This document shows positions 12,573 to 23,660 of a stretch of 64,000 nucleotides of DNA, in pieces (within the stretch, counting starts at the first letter, position 1; each line of letters begins with the position of its first letter). Source of the DNA: Eledone cirrhosa. Taxonomy: Eukaryota. The stretch is from NCBI GenBank assembly GCA_964016885.1, contig OZ024752.1:36456001-36520000 (forward strand), read 5' to 3'. The notes below the pieces were generated by a model. The model saw nothing but the letters and a program-made list of their open reading frames with translations, ran no database searches and was not told the origin of the DNA. A program made the translations under genes and the position numbers.

Positions 12573-13116
12573 CAATGGCGGACTGGGTCTAAAAATATCG
12601 GGTGTCTACCTACATATAGTATATTATCATTTAATTTTGATATTGAAAGTAGGTTTATAATTATTAATTTTCATTATACTTTTGTAGCTGTCCCTGGTGG
12701 CCTAGTTGGAGGGATTATAGACGGTGGTGATCCTGGTCGGGAGTAGGGATTTCCAGTAAACTTTTTCAGTCTTTTTTTCTATGGGATGTAAAATAAAAAC
12801 TGAAAGACATTACATGTTCCTCTTGACCAGGATTGAACCCAAGACCAGGACCTCCACCGTCTCTAGTACCTACCGCTAGGCCACTGATACAAGCTACGAG
12901 AGTCTATTGAAAATTCATACTTTCAAAATTTTCAAAACAAAATGATGTGATGTTGATCAAATGCTTTGCTTAATTGTTTTATTCATTTAAAAAAAAAATT
13001 TATTCTCTCTCTTAGACTTCAGGTATTTTTTGAAAGCTAAGCATTGGCCTCTGCAATGCTACTGTGGGCGCCATGGGGCCCACCTACCATTGGGTAACCT
13101 GGCCAGTCCGCCACTG
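12573..13116. mobile_element. hAT-like MITE (TIR CARTGGCGGACTGG) enclosing an inverted pair of tRNA-like heads
   Basis: Terminal inverted repeats caatggcggactgg (12573) and ccagtccgccactg (13116). Internal 12684-12740(+) and 12815-12897(-) are related tRNA-like sequences (A-box TGGCCTAG; B-box GGTTCAATCC in the minus copy). Confidence 0.55.
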
Positions 13117-13665
13117 TATATGTACCACAAAATACCCGTGTGTGGTAAAGAAATCAGTGTAAGTGCTGATATATTTTATATTTATGTTCATACCTTAGTT
13201 TTCAAGGTCCATTTATGGCCACCTCTCCATACCATGTACGGTCTGGGGAGATGATCCTTACTAGACATTGAAACCTCTTTCTTTGCAAACTGGCTGTAAG
13301 CGGTTGCTCATACTGATGTTAAGGTATTGTACTCAAAATGAATAATATCAAAATCTTATAGACTCGATATTATGTGAGGTAAATATTTGAAGTAAAGTCT
13401 TTACCACGAAAATAAAATAGTAAATATAGAATAATGTAAATGCTAAACAGTTATGGCCACCTCTCCATGCCATGTACGGTCTGGGGAGATGATCCTTACT
13501 AGACATTGAAACCGAAAGCGCTTTCCCATTCTGAGTATGAACATAGACAAAGAAAATGTATGCATATATAAATATACATATATATATATATACACACACA
13601 CATATATATATATATATACACACATATATATATATATACACACACACACACATATATATATATAT

Positions 13666-13705
<40 letters not shown>

Positions 13706-14450
13706 ATGAAGTAATTCCATCGGAAAAGTCCAGGAAAAATACATATATATAAATATATATACATATATATAAATATATATATATATATAGGGTGTCTCAA
13801 AAATTGTAAATATCCTGCAATTAGAATGCTGTCGAAATCCCACTTACATATATTTCAATTTCAGCAGAGTTTCTACAGCGTGATTCCCTTCTGAACACCA
13901 ATTGCTTTGCAGAGTGTACTGGGTGTATTTTATGTCCATGACAGAACTGAAGAGTCCTTTCAAACTTGTTTTTTTTTCATGGTTTCTATGGCTGGATGTC
14001 ATTCCTAATGATAACTACTTTACAGAGTGTACTAGGTGTATTTTATTAAGGCTCTGGCATAATGGAGGTCGCCATGTCCTTGACACAACTGAACAGTCCT
14101 TTCAACAATATTTTTTTGTCATGGTTTCTATGGCTGGATTCCATTTGTAATGATAATCAATTTACAGAATGAACTGGGTGCAATGAACACATTCTCAAAA
14201 TTTAATATTACAAATGTATATTTCATAAGTCTTTAGTTCCACTTTAATACGGATTCTTTCTGATATAGCCACTCACTAAGTTAACAGACAGCATGATGTC
14301 TGTAAGTATCCCCCACCAAGTAAAACACCCATTACTAAAAATTACTCAACATACAAAGTACTGAATGAACCAATGAGAGTTTCTATGGAGTCGATTGATC
14401 TGTTAGGAACAGCAGCTAAATCACCTATAAATCACAGCCAACCGTCTTAA

Positions 14451-14671
14451 TCCTTTAGTATTTAAACCGGCTGTATCCAGTCAGAATTCTCTCACCTCTT
14501 TCTTTGCAAACTGGCTGTAAGCGGTTGCTCATACTGATGTTAAGGTATTGTACTCAAAATTAATAATATCAAAATCTTATAGACTCGATATTATGTGAGG
14601 TAAATATTTGAAGTAAAGTCTTTACCACGAAAATAAAATAGTAAATATAGAATAATGTAAATGCTAAAGGG
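14451..14671. mobile_element. piggyBac-type MITE (about 200-220 bp); other copies 21775-21991, 23159-23366, 29043-29238, about 44115-44294, about 56847-57064; partial at 13273-13447 and 16650-16688
   Basis: Family structure is TTAA|CCCTTTAGCATTTA...TAAATGCTAAAGGG|TTAA. The paralogous empty site at about 21078 (catcttaaataagg) shows a single TTAA. Confidence 0.85.
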
Positions 14672-14794
14672 TTAAATAAGGAATTTGAATTTAAGGTTAC
14701 TTTTAAAAAAATGAGTACGCTGAAAGTATATATAAAAAAGATCCTTGAATTTTATTTTATTCTGTAAAAACTACTCAATAAGAATTTAATATAT

Positions 14795-16874
14795 TCATTT
14801 GTTAGAAGTTTTATGAATAAAGTGTTCTTTGAATGCTTTTACAGCTTTGCCTCGATGTGATATACTGTTTTTTAATTCTTTGGACATCTCAGCATATGTC
14901 TGATCATAACTATCAGGTTGAAAACAAGGATCCCATCCAAAATCTCTCGGTCCACGAGGTTCTACAATTTGACCATCTGTTTGACCTTTAAACAACAAAA
15001 CAGGGGCTTCTAGATTACCGGTAGAGAAAGCAAGTGTACATAGAGCATAAGCACTCTTGTCTTCAAATCCATGAAGTAGACGATGTAAACCTGAAAGGAA
15101 GAGATTAAAATAATACAGTTACATTAAACACTTTTGTGGTTGTATTTTTAATGGAATAAACTCTATTTTAAATAATGGTTTCTACTTTTGGCACAAGGCC
15201 AGTAATTACCTCAGTGCATTACTGGTACTTTTATTTTTATTGACCCCGTAAGGATGAAAGGCAAAATTAACCTCGGCAGGATTTGAACTCAGACCGTAAA
15301 GGGCCGTAACCCCATGCTGCAAATCATGGCGTCTGATCCTCAACCGATACTGCCAATCCATTAAATAATGAGAGCATGTTGGAGGTTATAGGGAGCAGAG
15401 TATTGAAAACTATTAATCGAGGATAAGGGTTAGTCTGTCTTGTGGTTCCGGTGGACAGGATGTAGAAGATATTGCCCTGGAGGATGGAGAAGACATGCTG
15501 GAAGCAGCCACTCCACTTCATGGGAGCTCATACTTGAAGGTAACCAACTCCACTCTGATTAATTAATTATACATATTAAGTAAATAGTCATGTAAGCATG
15601 TCAAATTTACTTATTTCCCTCATAAATGTTATCCAACAATCTTGCTTGGGTCTGCTACCTGTTGGTTTTGCTTGTAAAATCTATCCAGCTATTCTTTCCT
15701 GATACATTCTAACCACTAAATCATTTTTAACACTTATGTCGAACAGATACTAACGTGGAAAAATAGATCATAAACGGTGATGATGATGATGGTAGATATC
15801 TTACCTTCTGGTTTCAGTTTATCTAAAAACCATTTAATGTAAGGTCCTGGGAGACCCCCAAGAGCATTAAAACAAAGAGAGGTATCTTCAACGACAACTG
15901 GACCTTTTACAATTTTGGCAGCTTCAAGACATTTGGCACGGGAAATATCATCACTTTCCCCTTGATATTCAGGAAGGTCGATACTTTCGTTAACTAACTA
16001 AGGAAAATAATAACAAAACTCATGTAATGAGAACTTGAATGTGTAAAAATATTTTGGTTAATAAAGTTTACATGTTTTTAAGTATTAATTATGGTCCACC
16101 TGTGAGGTGGTTGTGCTGGTGACACAACAAAAAGCACCCAGCACACTCTGTAAGGTGGTTGTGCTGGTGACACAACAAAAAGCACCCATCACACACTGTA
16201 AGGTAGTTGTGCTGGTGACACAACAAAAAGCACCCAGCACACCCTGTAAGGTGGTTGTGCTGGTGACACAACAAAAAGCACCCATCACACACTGTAAGGT
16301 AGTTGTGCTGGTGACACAACAAAAAACAACCCAGCACACCCTGTAAGGTAGTTGTGTTGGTGACATGATCAAAAGCACTCAGTCCACTCTCTAAGGTGGT
16401 TGTGTTGGTGGCATGACAAAAAGCACCCAACACACACTGTAATGTGGTTGTGCTGGTGACACAACAAAAAGCACCCAGCACACCCTGTAAGGTGGTTGTG
16501 TTGGTGACATGATCAAAAGCACCCAGTCCACTCTCTAAGGTGGTTGCGTTGGTGACATGACAAAAAGCACCCAACACACCCTGTAAGGTGGTTGTGCTGG
16601 TGACACAACAAAAAACACCCAGGCCACCCTGTAAGGTGGCTGTGCTGGTGAATCCTGGATGGATACAGCCGGTTTAAATGCTAAAGGGTTAAAATGGGCG
16701 TCATTCATATGATTGAACCACAAACGGTCCTAGGTAGGTTGTTATCAAAAGAGATCAGTGATAAAAATATTTATATAAGCTATTACTTACTTTATAGGGA
16801 AAGTTTTTGCCAAGAATTTGGGTAAGTTCTTTTAACTTATTAACATTCCCTGTCACAAATGTAATTGTTGCCAT
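14795..16874 (-). CDS. ITPA: Inosine triphosphate pyrophosphatase (ITPase/HAM1 family), copy A, 190 aa
   Basis: Coding exons: 16874-16791 ([28 protein letters not shown]), 15997-15805 ([23 protein letters not shown]...[31 protein letters not shown]), 15090-14795 ([18 protein letters not shown]...[20 protein letters not shown]...SHRGKA...stop). Introns are GT-AG, phases 0 and 1. All HAM1 motifs are present (TGNxxK, EDT, PGPYIK, FGWDP, SHR). Confidence 0.96.
15178..15360 (-). mobile_element. tRNA-derived SINE (abundant family) with 10-bp TSD ttaaataatg
   Basis: Matches the family at 58692-58880. Direct repeats at 15168-15177 and 15361-15370. Absent from the paralogous intron of ITPA copy B. 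Confidence 0.85.
16106..16650. repeat. 48-bp minisatellite, about 11 copies, in ITPA-A first coding intron
   Basis: Unit ggtggttgtgctggtgacacaacaaaaagcacccagcacactctgtaa, derived from the RTE/SINE 3'UTR segment. Absent from ITPA-B. Confidence 0.9.
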
Positions 16875-16911
16875 GTTTATCTGAAAGAGATAGAATTTAT
16901 ACCATTGTCAG

Positions 16912-17630
16912 TCATCATCATCATCATCATCATCACTGTTTTACGTCTGTTCTTCCACGCTAGCATGGGTTAGACGGGTTGTCCTGTTGTGGGCAGTGTC
17001 TGGTCGGCTGACCATGCCTTGCTCATACAGGAACTGATTTGGCTTGATTTCTACAGCTGGATGCCCTTCCTAACACCAACCTCATTTACAGTGAGTGCTG
17101 GGTGCTTTTTCGTGGCGCCTACACGTCTACTTTACAGTGTGGGCTGGGTGCTTTTTTGCCGTGGCACCTCCACGACCACCTTGCGGTGGAAGGTGTGGGG
17201 GCATATTGTTTATATGCTTCAGCTTGTACCCATGGGAGGTCGGGTACTCTGTATTACTGCGTGACGCCAGAAGTCACGGTCGTGTCATTGTCTTTAAGAG
17301 GTGTAATTGGGTAAGGTCGGCTTTTATCACCTCATCCCAGGTCATCTTGGGTCTCCCCACTCCGCGGTTTCCATCAACTTCTAGTGCTCTGCACCTTTTT
17401 ATGCAGCTGTCATCCTTCATACGCATCACATGTCCATACCAGCGCAACCGCCTCTCCTGCACACAGCATTTGATTCCTCTTATGCTCAGTCTCTCTCTCA
17501 ATTCATTTATGCTTTGTCGTTCACGTATATTACTGTTACACATCCATCGGAGCATGCAGGCTTCGTTTCTCTCTAATCTACGTAAGTCTTCCACCTTCAG
17601 CGCCCAGGTCTCACTACCATGCAACATCAT
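16912..17630 (-). mobile_element. RTE-clade LINE 3' end (ORF C-terminus, 3'UTR and (TGA)n tail)
   Basis: ORF 17630-17274 reads MLHGSETW...RRLERNEACMLRWMC...ERRLRWYGHVMR...GRPKMTWDEVIKADL. The 3'UTR is nearly identical to 41753-42095. Confidence 0.85.
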
Positions 17631-17828
17631 ATAAAAATATTTCTCTATTTCATTGATTTCAATGGTTTAAAAAATATGGAGTCTGCATTAATACCGTGAT
17701 CGGACTCATTTAACTTATTTCATTATATTTTTAGTCATGCAAATCATACTGGCCAAAAATTATTTAAAACTATATTTCTATATCTAAAAATATATATCTT
17801 CTGGTTTGACATGCTTGGTTTGACTATA

Positions 17829-17869
17829 TTATGCTGATGAGATTTAATAGATCGAAACATATCCATTGT
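17829..17869 (+). ncRNA. Degenerate minimal hammerhead motif
   Basis: atg-CUGAUGA-gattt/aat/agatc-GAAA-cata-UC-cat. Core and stem II are intact, stem I is short and the stem III pair is mismatched. Confidence 0.4.
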
Positions 17870-18534
17870 TCTCCCTTGTCTTCAAACAAAGATAAGATTT
17901 CTCTTCTCCCGAGCATGAGAAATGAATTCGTAATTTCTTGAAATTATCTCCTCCTTTTCTTCGAGAGTCTATAATAATCACCGCTAGGTTTTTGTTTTCT
18001 TACTGGAAGAGGGAAATTTCAATTAATATTTTTACACACACCATTCACATCACACCTTATATTACTTTAATAGGTCCATGTCATTGGTCTAATTGAGTTA
18101 CTTCCCTTGAATCGTTTTATTTTATCCTTTATATTATTATTTTTTTCTTCTAAGCCGATATAATAAGGTAAAAATATCTAAAGGGCAAAGGATGACGAAT
18201 AAAACAAAAGCAATTTTTTTACCCAGTGTATTTCAACGTAATATTTTAGAGGTTTTTAAGTATTGTCATTTAGCTCCAGATCAGCCTTGATCAAACTGAC
18301 AGACTTAGGATCAAAGCCGTTCCAGTTATGACCACCCACCAGACAATGACAATATCCGTAAAGAAAACAATCTATATATATAAATATACAATAAAAGTAA
18401 TTGTTTCTACTTTTGGCACAAGGCCATCAATTACCCAGTGCATTACTGGTACTTTATTTTATCGACCCCGTAAGGATGAAAGGCAAAGTTAACCTCGGTG
18501 GGATTTGAACTCAGACCGCAAAGGGACGTAACTG

Positions 18535-19174
18535 GAAGCTGGAGCCCTAAAAGCGATGTTGTTGTTATTGTTGACGATTAGTCTTATTAAAATATTAGGG
18601 GATTGATGCTCGTGAGGGTGCTTGGCTATTCCAGCGCCTTAGCCACGCTTTTTCTGGATGTCTTGGCCAATAAAAGTAATATGTTGTGAAAGTAATTAGT
18701 ATTCAACTATTTCTGGGCTGTAGTGTTTGCCCCCCCCATTCTTTCGTTGCTTCATCCTTTTTTCTTTTTCTTTTTGTTCCTTTTAATAGCGTGTTTTGTT
18801 TTTGTATAAACAGCTTTGTAAAATAAAACGAACTTAGATATAAATAGATTAAAACTATTTCACCTTCTCGTGATTTAAATTCTAATAATAACCCGATCCA
18901 TAAATATAAATAAACAATTTGTATAATTAATACGATTTACAAAATCAATCAATAGAAATCGATAAGAAAAGAAGACCAGCTCACTCAATTACACGCTACA
19001 ATAGAGAATGCCTGTGTTGCTCCACCAAAAATCTATTAGGTTGGCCAAGACATCCAGAAAAAGCGTGGCTAAGGCGCTGGAATAGCCAAGCACCCTCACG
19101 AGCATCAATCCCCTGATATTTTAATGACTAATCGTCAACAATAACAACATCATCGCTGTTAGGGCTCCAGCTTC
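18535..19174. repeat. Inverted repeat, about 135-bp arms (18535-18670 and 19041-19174), 370-bp spacer
   Basis: The arms are reverse complements with only a few mismatches or indels. Confidence 0.9.
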
Positions 19175-19439
19175 CCTCGAATGTCACGGGCTAAAAACAC
19201 GTTGTTTATATATAAAATGACATTCTCGTTCTTTAAAAATCAAAGCATGATCATTTTTAAATTATACCGAAATATTTTCCCCGGTTTCTTAAAATTTGTG
19301 TAAAAAAAACAACTTTTTCTGGTTGTTTTAAATTGAAATGGTTGCGAGGTGAGGTGAATAAATATATTTTATTTATGTTTAATTTGTCGAAATTTTAGCT
19401 GGATTTTGTGACTCATAAAAATACCTGAAAAATATTTCA

Positions 19440-19900
19440 GTAAAGTGAGCCGCCGACAACGATAGAAGCCTCGTTGTTAACGGTACAGCTCCCACAAATG
19501 TCTCGAATGTTATAGATTGAAATGTGATTTATCGATAAATCACGGTATCTCGGTTCGATTATCGATGCAGTGACTGACCCTCGGTCTCTGTAGTAGCATC
19601 TAGAATTTGAAAAGGAGCGAAAGAGTCGCCGACTGAGGAGTCCCATATGAGACATCAACCCAAAGCAAGGGGTAAGACTATCGGGCTTCCTCAGAATGAC
19701 CCTGGACAACCCGGCGGGCTCCAACTTGGTATAGAGAGTGAAGTAGCCTACATTTATCGACATGACAATCCATGAAGACCCCATGGAATCAAGGGGCTTG
19801 TCACATGGACATTTTAATCCCGAGAGACATTGGCCTTGATATTTAGAGCTCATCCATACTATACTGAGTAGGGGCACCGATGTTTTTGCCACAGGCAAAC
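19440..19900 (-). mobile_element. Degenerate CRE-clade non-LTR retrotransposon fragment (zinc knuckle plus RLE)
   Basis: CPCDKPLDSMG...LEPAGLSRVILRKPDSLTP resembles the CRE motif 'CxCG..D..G.H...LEP.GL.R.DGKRPDG.T'. Confidence 0.55.
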
Positions 19901-19962
19901 CATCAAGCTAATTCGCAGAAATCAACACATCGAATATTGATAAAAAAAAAAGAATATTGAAA

Positions 19963-20001
<39 letters not shown>

Positions 20002-20659
20002 CACGCATATATATCTGTATACATACAGTGTATAACCAAGACTGCACCCACGTGTATAAATATATACTCATATGTAATATGTAGGCATTTAAACTGGCCA
20101 GAAAATACGAATTGTCCAGCAAATCGAAAAAAATGAGAAACACCTTTAATCGATTTTCGGATCTAATCGAACCCTTCCTAATATATATATATATATATAT
20201 ATATAGATCGTAGAAAGCTGGCATGGTCTCTTATAAAGACACCAGCATTTATATAATAAATTAGGCCGAACGGATGCACTGTGATAAAAGTGAAACTAAA
20301 ATGCTATAAAGTGAAGGATCGCCAATGATTTCATTACTGGATACACAACAGTTTCGTTATTTTGCTCAGGTATTCTGCGATCGAGTGTATTATTCAGTGG
20401 GAGGTGGGAGTTGAGAAATATTTGGCTGTTATTTCTAGTAGATCAAGCGACCAAGGTAAAGAAAGGTCCTCTCTCTCCCCCTTCTTTGCAAAGCGAAGTT
20501 AGTTGGTGAAGAGTGAAACTATACTAGCGCCAAAATTAAATAAAAAAATCTTACCCAAATATAATGACTTGTAAATAAACCAACACCAGCAGACAAACGT
20601 TGTGTGCGGTGTAGTATAAAAATGTTAACACTAAAACAGTGTTCCAACTAATATAGGTA

Positions 20660-20752
20660 GTACTCGCTCCTACAGTATATATAATAAAATTGGAACGATA
20701 CAGAGGAGATTAAGCATGGCCCCTATAAATTCGTGAAGTGTATCATACCTTT
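20660..20752 (+). pseudogene. RNU6: U6 snRNA pseudogene lacking most of the internal stem-loop
   Basis: GTACTCGCTCC...TAAAATTGGAACGATACAGAGGAGATTAAGCATGGCCCCT..AAATTCGTGAAGTG aligns to canonical U6. The GCGCAAGGATGACACGC segment is missing and the 5' stem and terminator are mutated. Confidence 0.9.
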
Positions 20753-21187
20753 GCTTTGTTTTTTGTACAAACAGATTTGTAAAATAAAATAACCCTAATC
20801 ATGAACAAAAAATGAGCAAGATATGGTCTCCAGACCTGACTGTTTCATAACATGATAACCCGCCTAACCCATGCAAAAGTGGAAAGATGGACGTTAAATG
20901 ATGATGATAGCCACTCACTAAGTTAACAGATACCATGATGTCTGCAAGTATCCCTTACTAAGTAAAACAATCATTTACTAAAAACTCTTAAACATTCAAA
21001 ATACTGAATGAACCAATGAGAGTCGCTTGACCTGTTAGAAATAGCAGCTAAATCACCTTTAAATCATAACCAACCATCTTAAATAAGGATATGAATTTAA
21101 GGTTATTTTAAAAAAATTGAGTTGGCTAAATAAAATATAGATGAAAAAAGATCGAATTTTATTTCTTCTGTAAAAACTATTTAATAA

Positions 21188-21349
21188 GAATTGAAATAAA
21201 AATAGAAGCTTTGCCATATAATTTTGACTAATATAGTCTAATAATGGGGCATATAAACCCACTGGACAGAAAAAGATGGTTTATACACCCCATTATTAGA
21301 CTATATTAGTCAAAATGTTACGACAAATCTTCTATTTCTATTTCAATTC
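21188..21349. repeat. Imperfect foldback (about 72-bp arms) in the ITPA-B 3'UTR
   Basis: gaattgaaata...ttttgactaatatagtctaataatgggg pairs with ccccattattagactatattagtcaaaa...tatttcaattc. Absent at the homologous ITPA-A position (about 14785). Confidence 0.85.
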
Positions 21350-21397
21350 CAAACATCGCTTGACACATTCCAGACATACTTCCTTTATTTAATATAT

Positions 21398-23552
21398 TCA
21401 GTTATTGGGAATTTTATGCATAAAGTGTTCTTCAAATGCCTTTACAGCTTTGCCTCGATGTGATATACTGTTTTTTAGTTCTTTGGACATCTCAGCATAT
21501 GTCTGATCATAACCATCATGTTGAAAACAAGGATCCCATCCAAAACCTCTCGGTCCACGAGGTTCTACAATTTGACCATCTGTTTGACCTTTAAACAACA
21601 AAACAGGGGCTTCTAGATTACCGGTAGAGAAAGCAAGTGTACATAGAGCATAAGCACTCTTGTCTTCAAATCCATGAAGTAGACGATGTAAACCTGAAAG
21701 GAAGAGATTAAAATAATACAGTTACTTTAAACACTTTTGTGGTTGTAGTTCTTATGAAATAAACTCTATTTTAACCCTTTAGCATTTACTTTACTCTATA
21801 TATACTATTGTATTTTCACGGTAAATGCTTTACCTCACATAAATATCTCACATATTGTCGAATCTATGAGATTTTGATATTATTTTGAGAACAATACCTT
21901 AACATCAGTATTAGTGGCCAGTTATGGCCGGATTGAGCAGAAAGAGGTGAGAGAATTCTGGCCGGATACAGCCGGTTTAAATGCTAAAGGGTTAAATATT
22001 GAGAGAACAAGGGAGCAGAGTATCTATCAATGCAGGATAAGGTCTGCCTTGTGGTCCTATTTATTTGTTTTGTAAGATTCTTGATGTGAAACACTGTTTT
22101 GAAACAGATATTGTTATATATAGAGGTGATGGTCATGTTGCTAATATTGCCAATAATTAATAATAAACATAAAATTAATAAAAGAAAACCATATGGCGCC
22201 TGTGTTCTTTTTTAATGGCAATATAGGAAACATGACCATCACCTCCAAATATTACAATATGATAGTTATATCTGTATAAATACAGAGTGTAACTGCTGAG
22301 AATGCAACAATGTGTATACAAATATATCAACCAGAAGAACCTTCTAAAGCCACACCAACTCTCTAAAATACCATCTCTAGATAATGTTTCTAATTTTGGC
22401 ACAAGGCCAGCAATTACCCCAGTGCATTACTGCTGCTTTATTTTTTCGAACCCCGTAAGGATGAAAGGAAAAGTTAACCTCGGCAGATTTGAACTCAGAA
22501 CGCAAAGGGCCATAACTCTATGCTGAAAATCATGGTGTTTGACGCTCTACCGATACTGCTGAATAATGTGATGAAAGTGTGCTCTATAGTGGTGGAGGAA
22601 TTACAATAATAATCTGCGCAAGACCTAAATTAATATCTTTCTAGACATTGCTAACTTAAGAGAATTGGATTCACAATTGTGAAGTTGCAAGTTCAATTCC
22701 CAGACTGGGCGATGCGTTTTGTCCTTGAGCAAGCCTCTTTATTTCATATTGCTCCTTCTGCCAGGAGTTTTAACCATTAGATAGTATCGGCAATGAAAAG
22801 ACCAATGGAAAATGGACATTAAATGTTGTTGATAATAGATATCTTACCTTCTGCTTGCAGTTTATCTAAAAACCATTTAATGTAAGGTCCTGGGAGACCC
22901 CCAAGAGCATTAAAACAAAGAGAGGTATCTTCAACGACAACTGGACCTTTTACAATTTTGGCAGCTTCAAGACATTTGGCACGGGAAATATCATCACTTT
23001 CCCCTTGATATTCAGGAAGATCGATACTTTTGTTAACTAACTAAGAAAAATAATAAAAATCATGTAATGAGAACTTGAATGTGTAAAATATTTTGCTTAA
23101 TAAAGTTCATTCATAAAAATCACGATGGAAGGTTTTGATATAAATAAGAACACTTTAACCCTTTAGCATTTAAACCGGCCATATCCGGCCAGAATTCTCT
23201 CACCGCTTTCTGTTCAAATCGACCGTAACTAGCTGCTCATACTGATGTTAAGGTATTGTTTTCAAAATAAATAATATCAAAATCTCATAGATATGATATT
23301 ATGTGAGATGAAGCCTTTACTATAAAAATACAATAGTAAATATAGAGTAATATAAATGCTAAAGGGTTAAAATGAGCGTCATTCATATGATAGAACCACA
23401 AACGGTTCTAGGTAGGTTGTTATCAAAAGAGATGAGAGATAACAATGTTTATATAAGCTATTACTTACTTTATAGGGAAAGTTTTTGTGAAGAATTTGGG
23501 TAACTTCTTTTAACTTATTAACATTCCCTGTCACAAATGTAATTGTTGCCAT
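21398..23552 (-). CDS. ITPA: Inosine triphosphate pyrophosphatase, copy B, 190 aa
   Basis: Coding exons 23552-23469 (84 nt), 23040-22848 (193 nt) and 21693-21398 (296 nt). Same exon sizes and splice sites as copy A. Open frame, catalytic motifs intact. Confidence 0.95.
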
Positions 23553-23660
23553 GTTTATCTGAAAGAGACAGAATTTATTGATACAAAACTATATTCTTGA
23601 ACTCTGTCAGACAGAAGGAACTTTATTTCAAAGCTAGGAACAATCGACAGTGTTGTAGTG

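Noticed and set aside
12815-12897. Functional tRNA gene
   Set aside because: A- and B-boxes are present but I cannot build a proper cloverleaf; treated as a SINE-like head.
16085-16577. Cys/Thr-rich repetitive ORFs
   Set aside because: They arise from a 48-bp TE-derived minisatellite inside an ITPA intron.
19437-19898. 153-aa ORF as a host gene
   Set aside because: A mosaic of frameshifted CRE retrotransposon endonuclease motifs.
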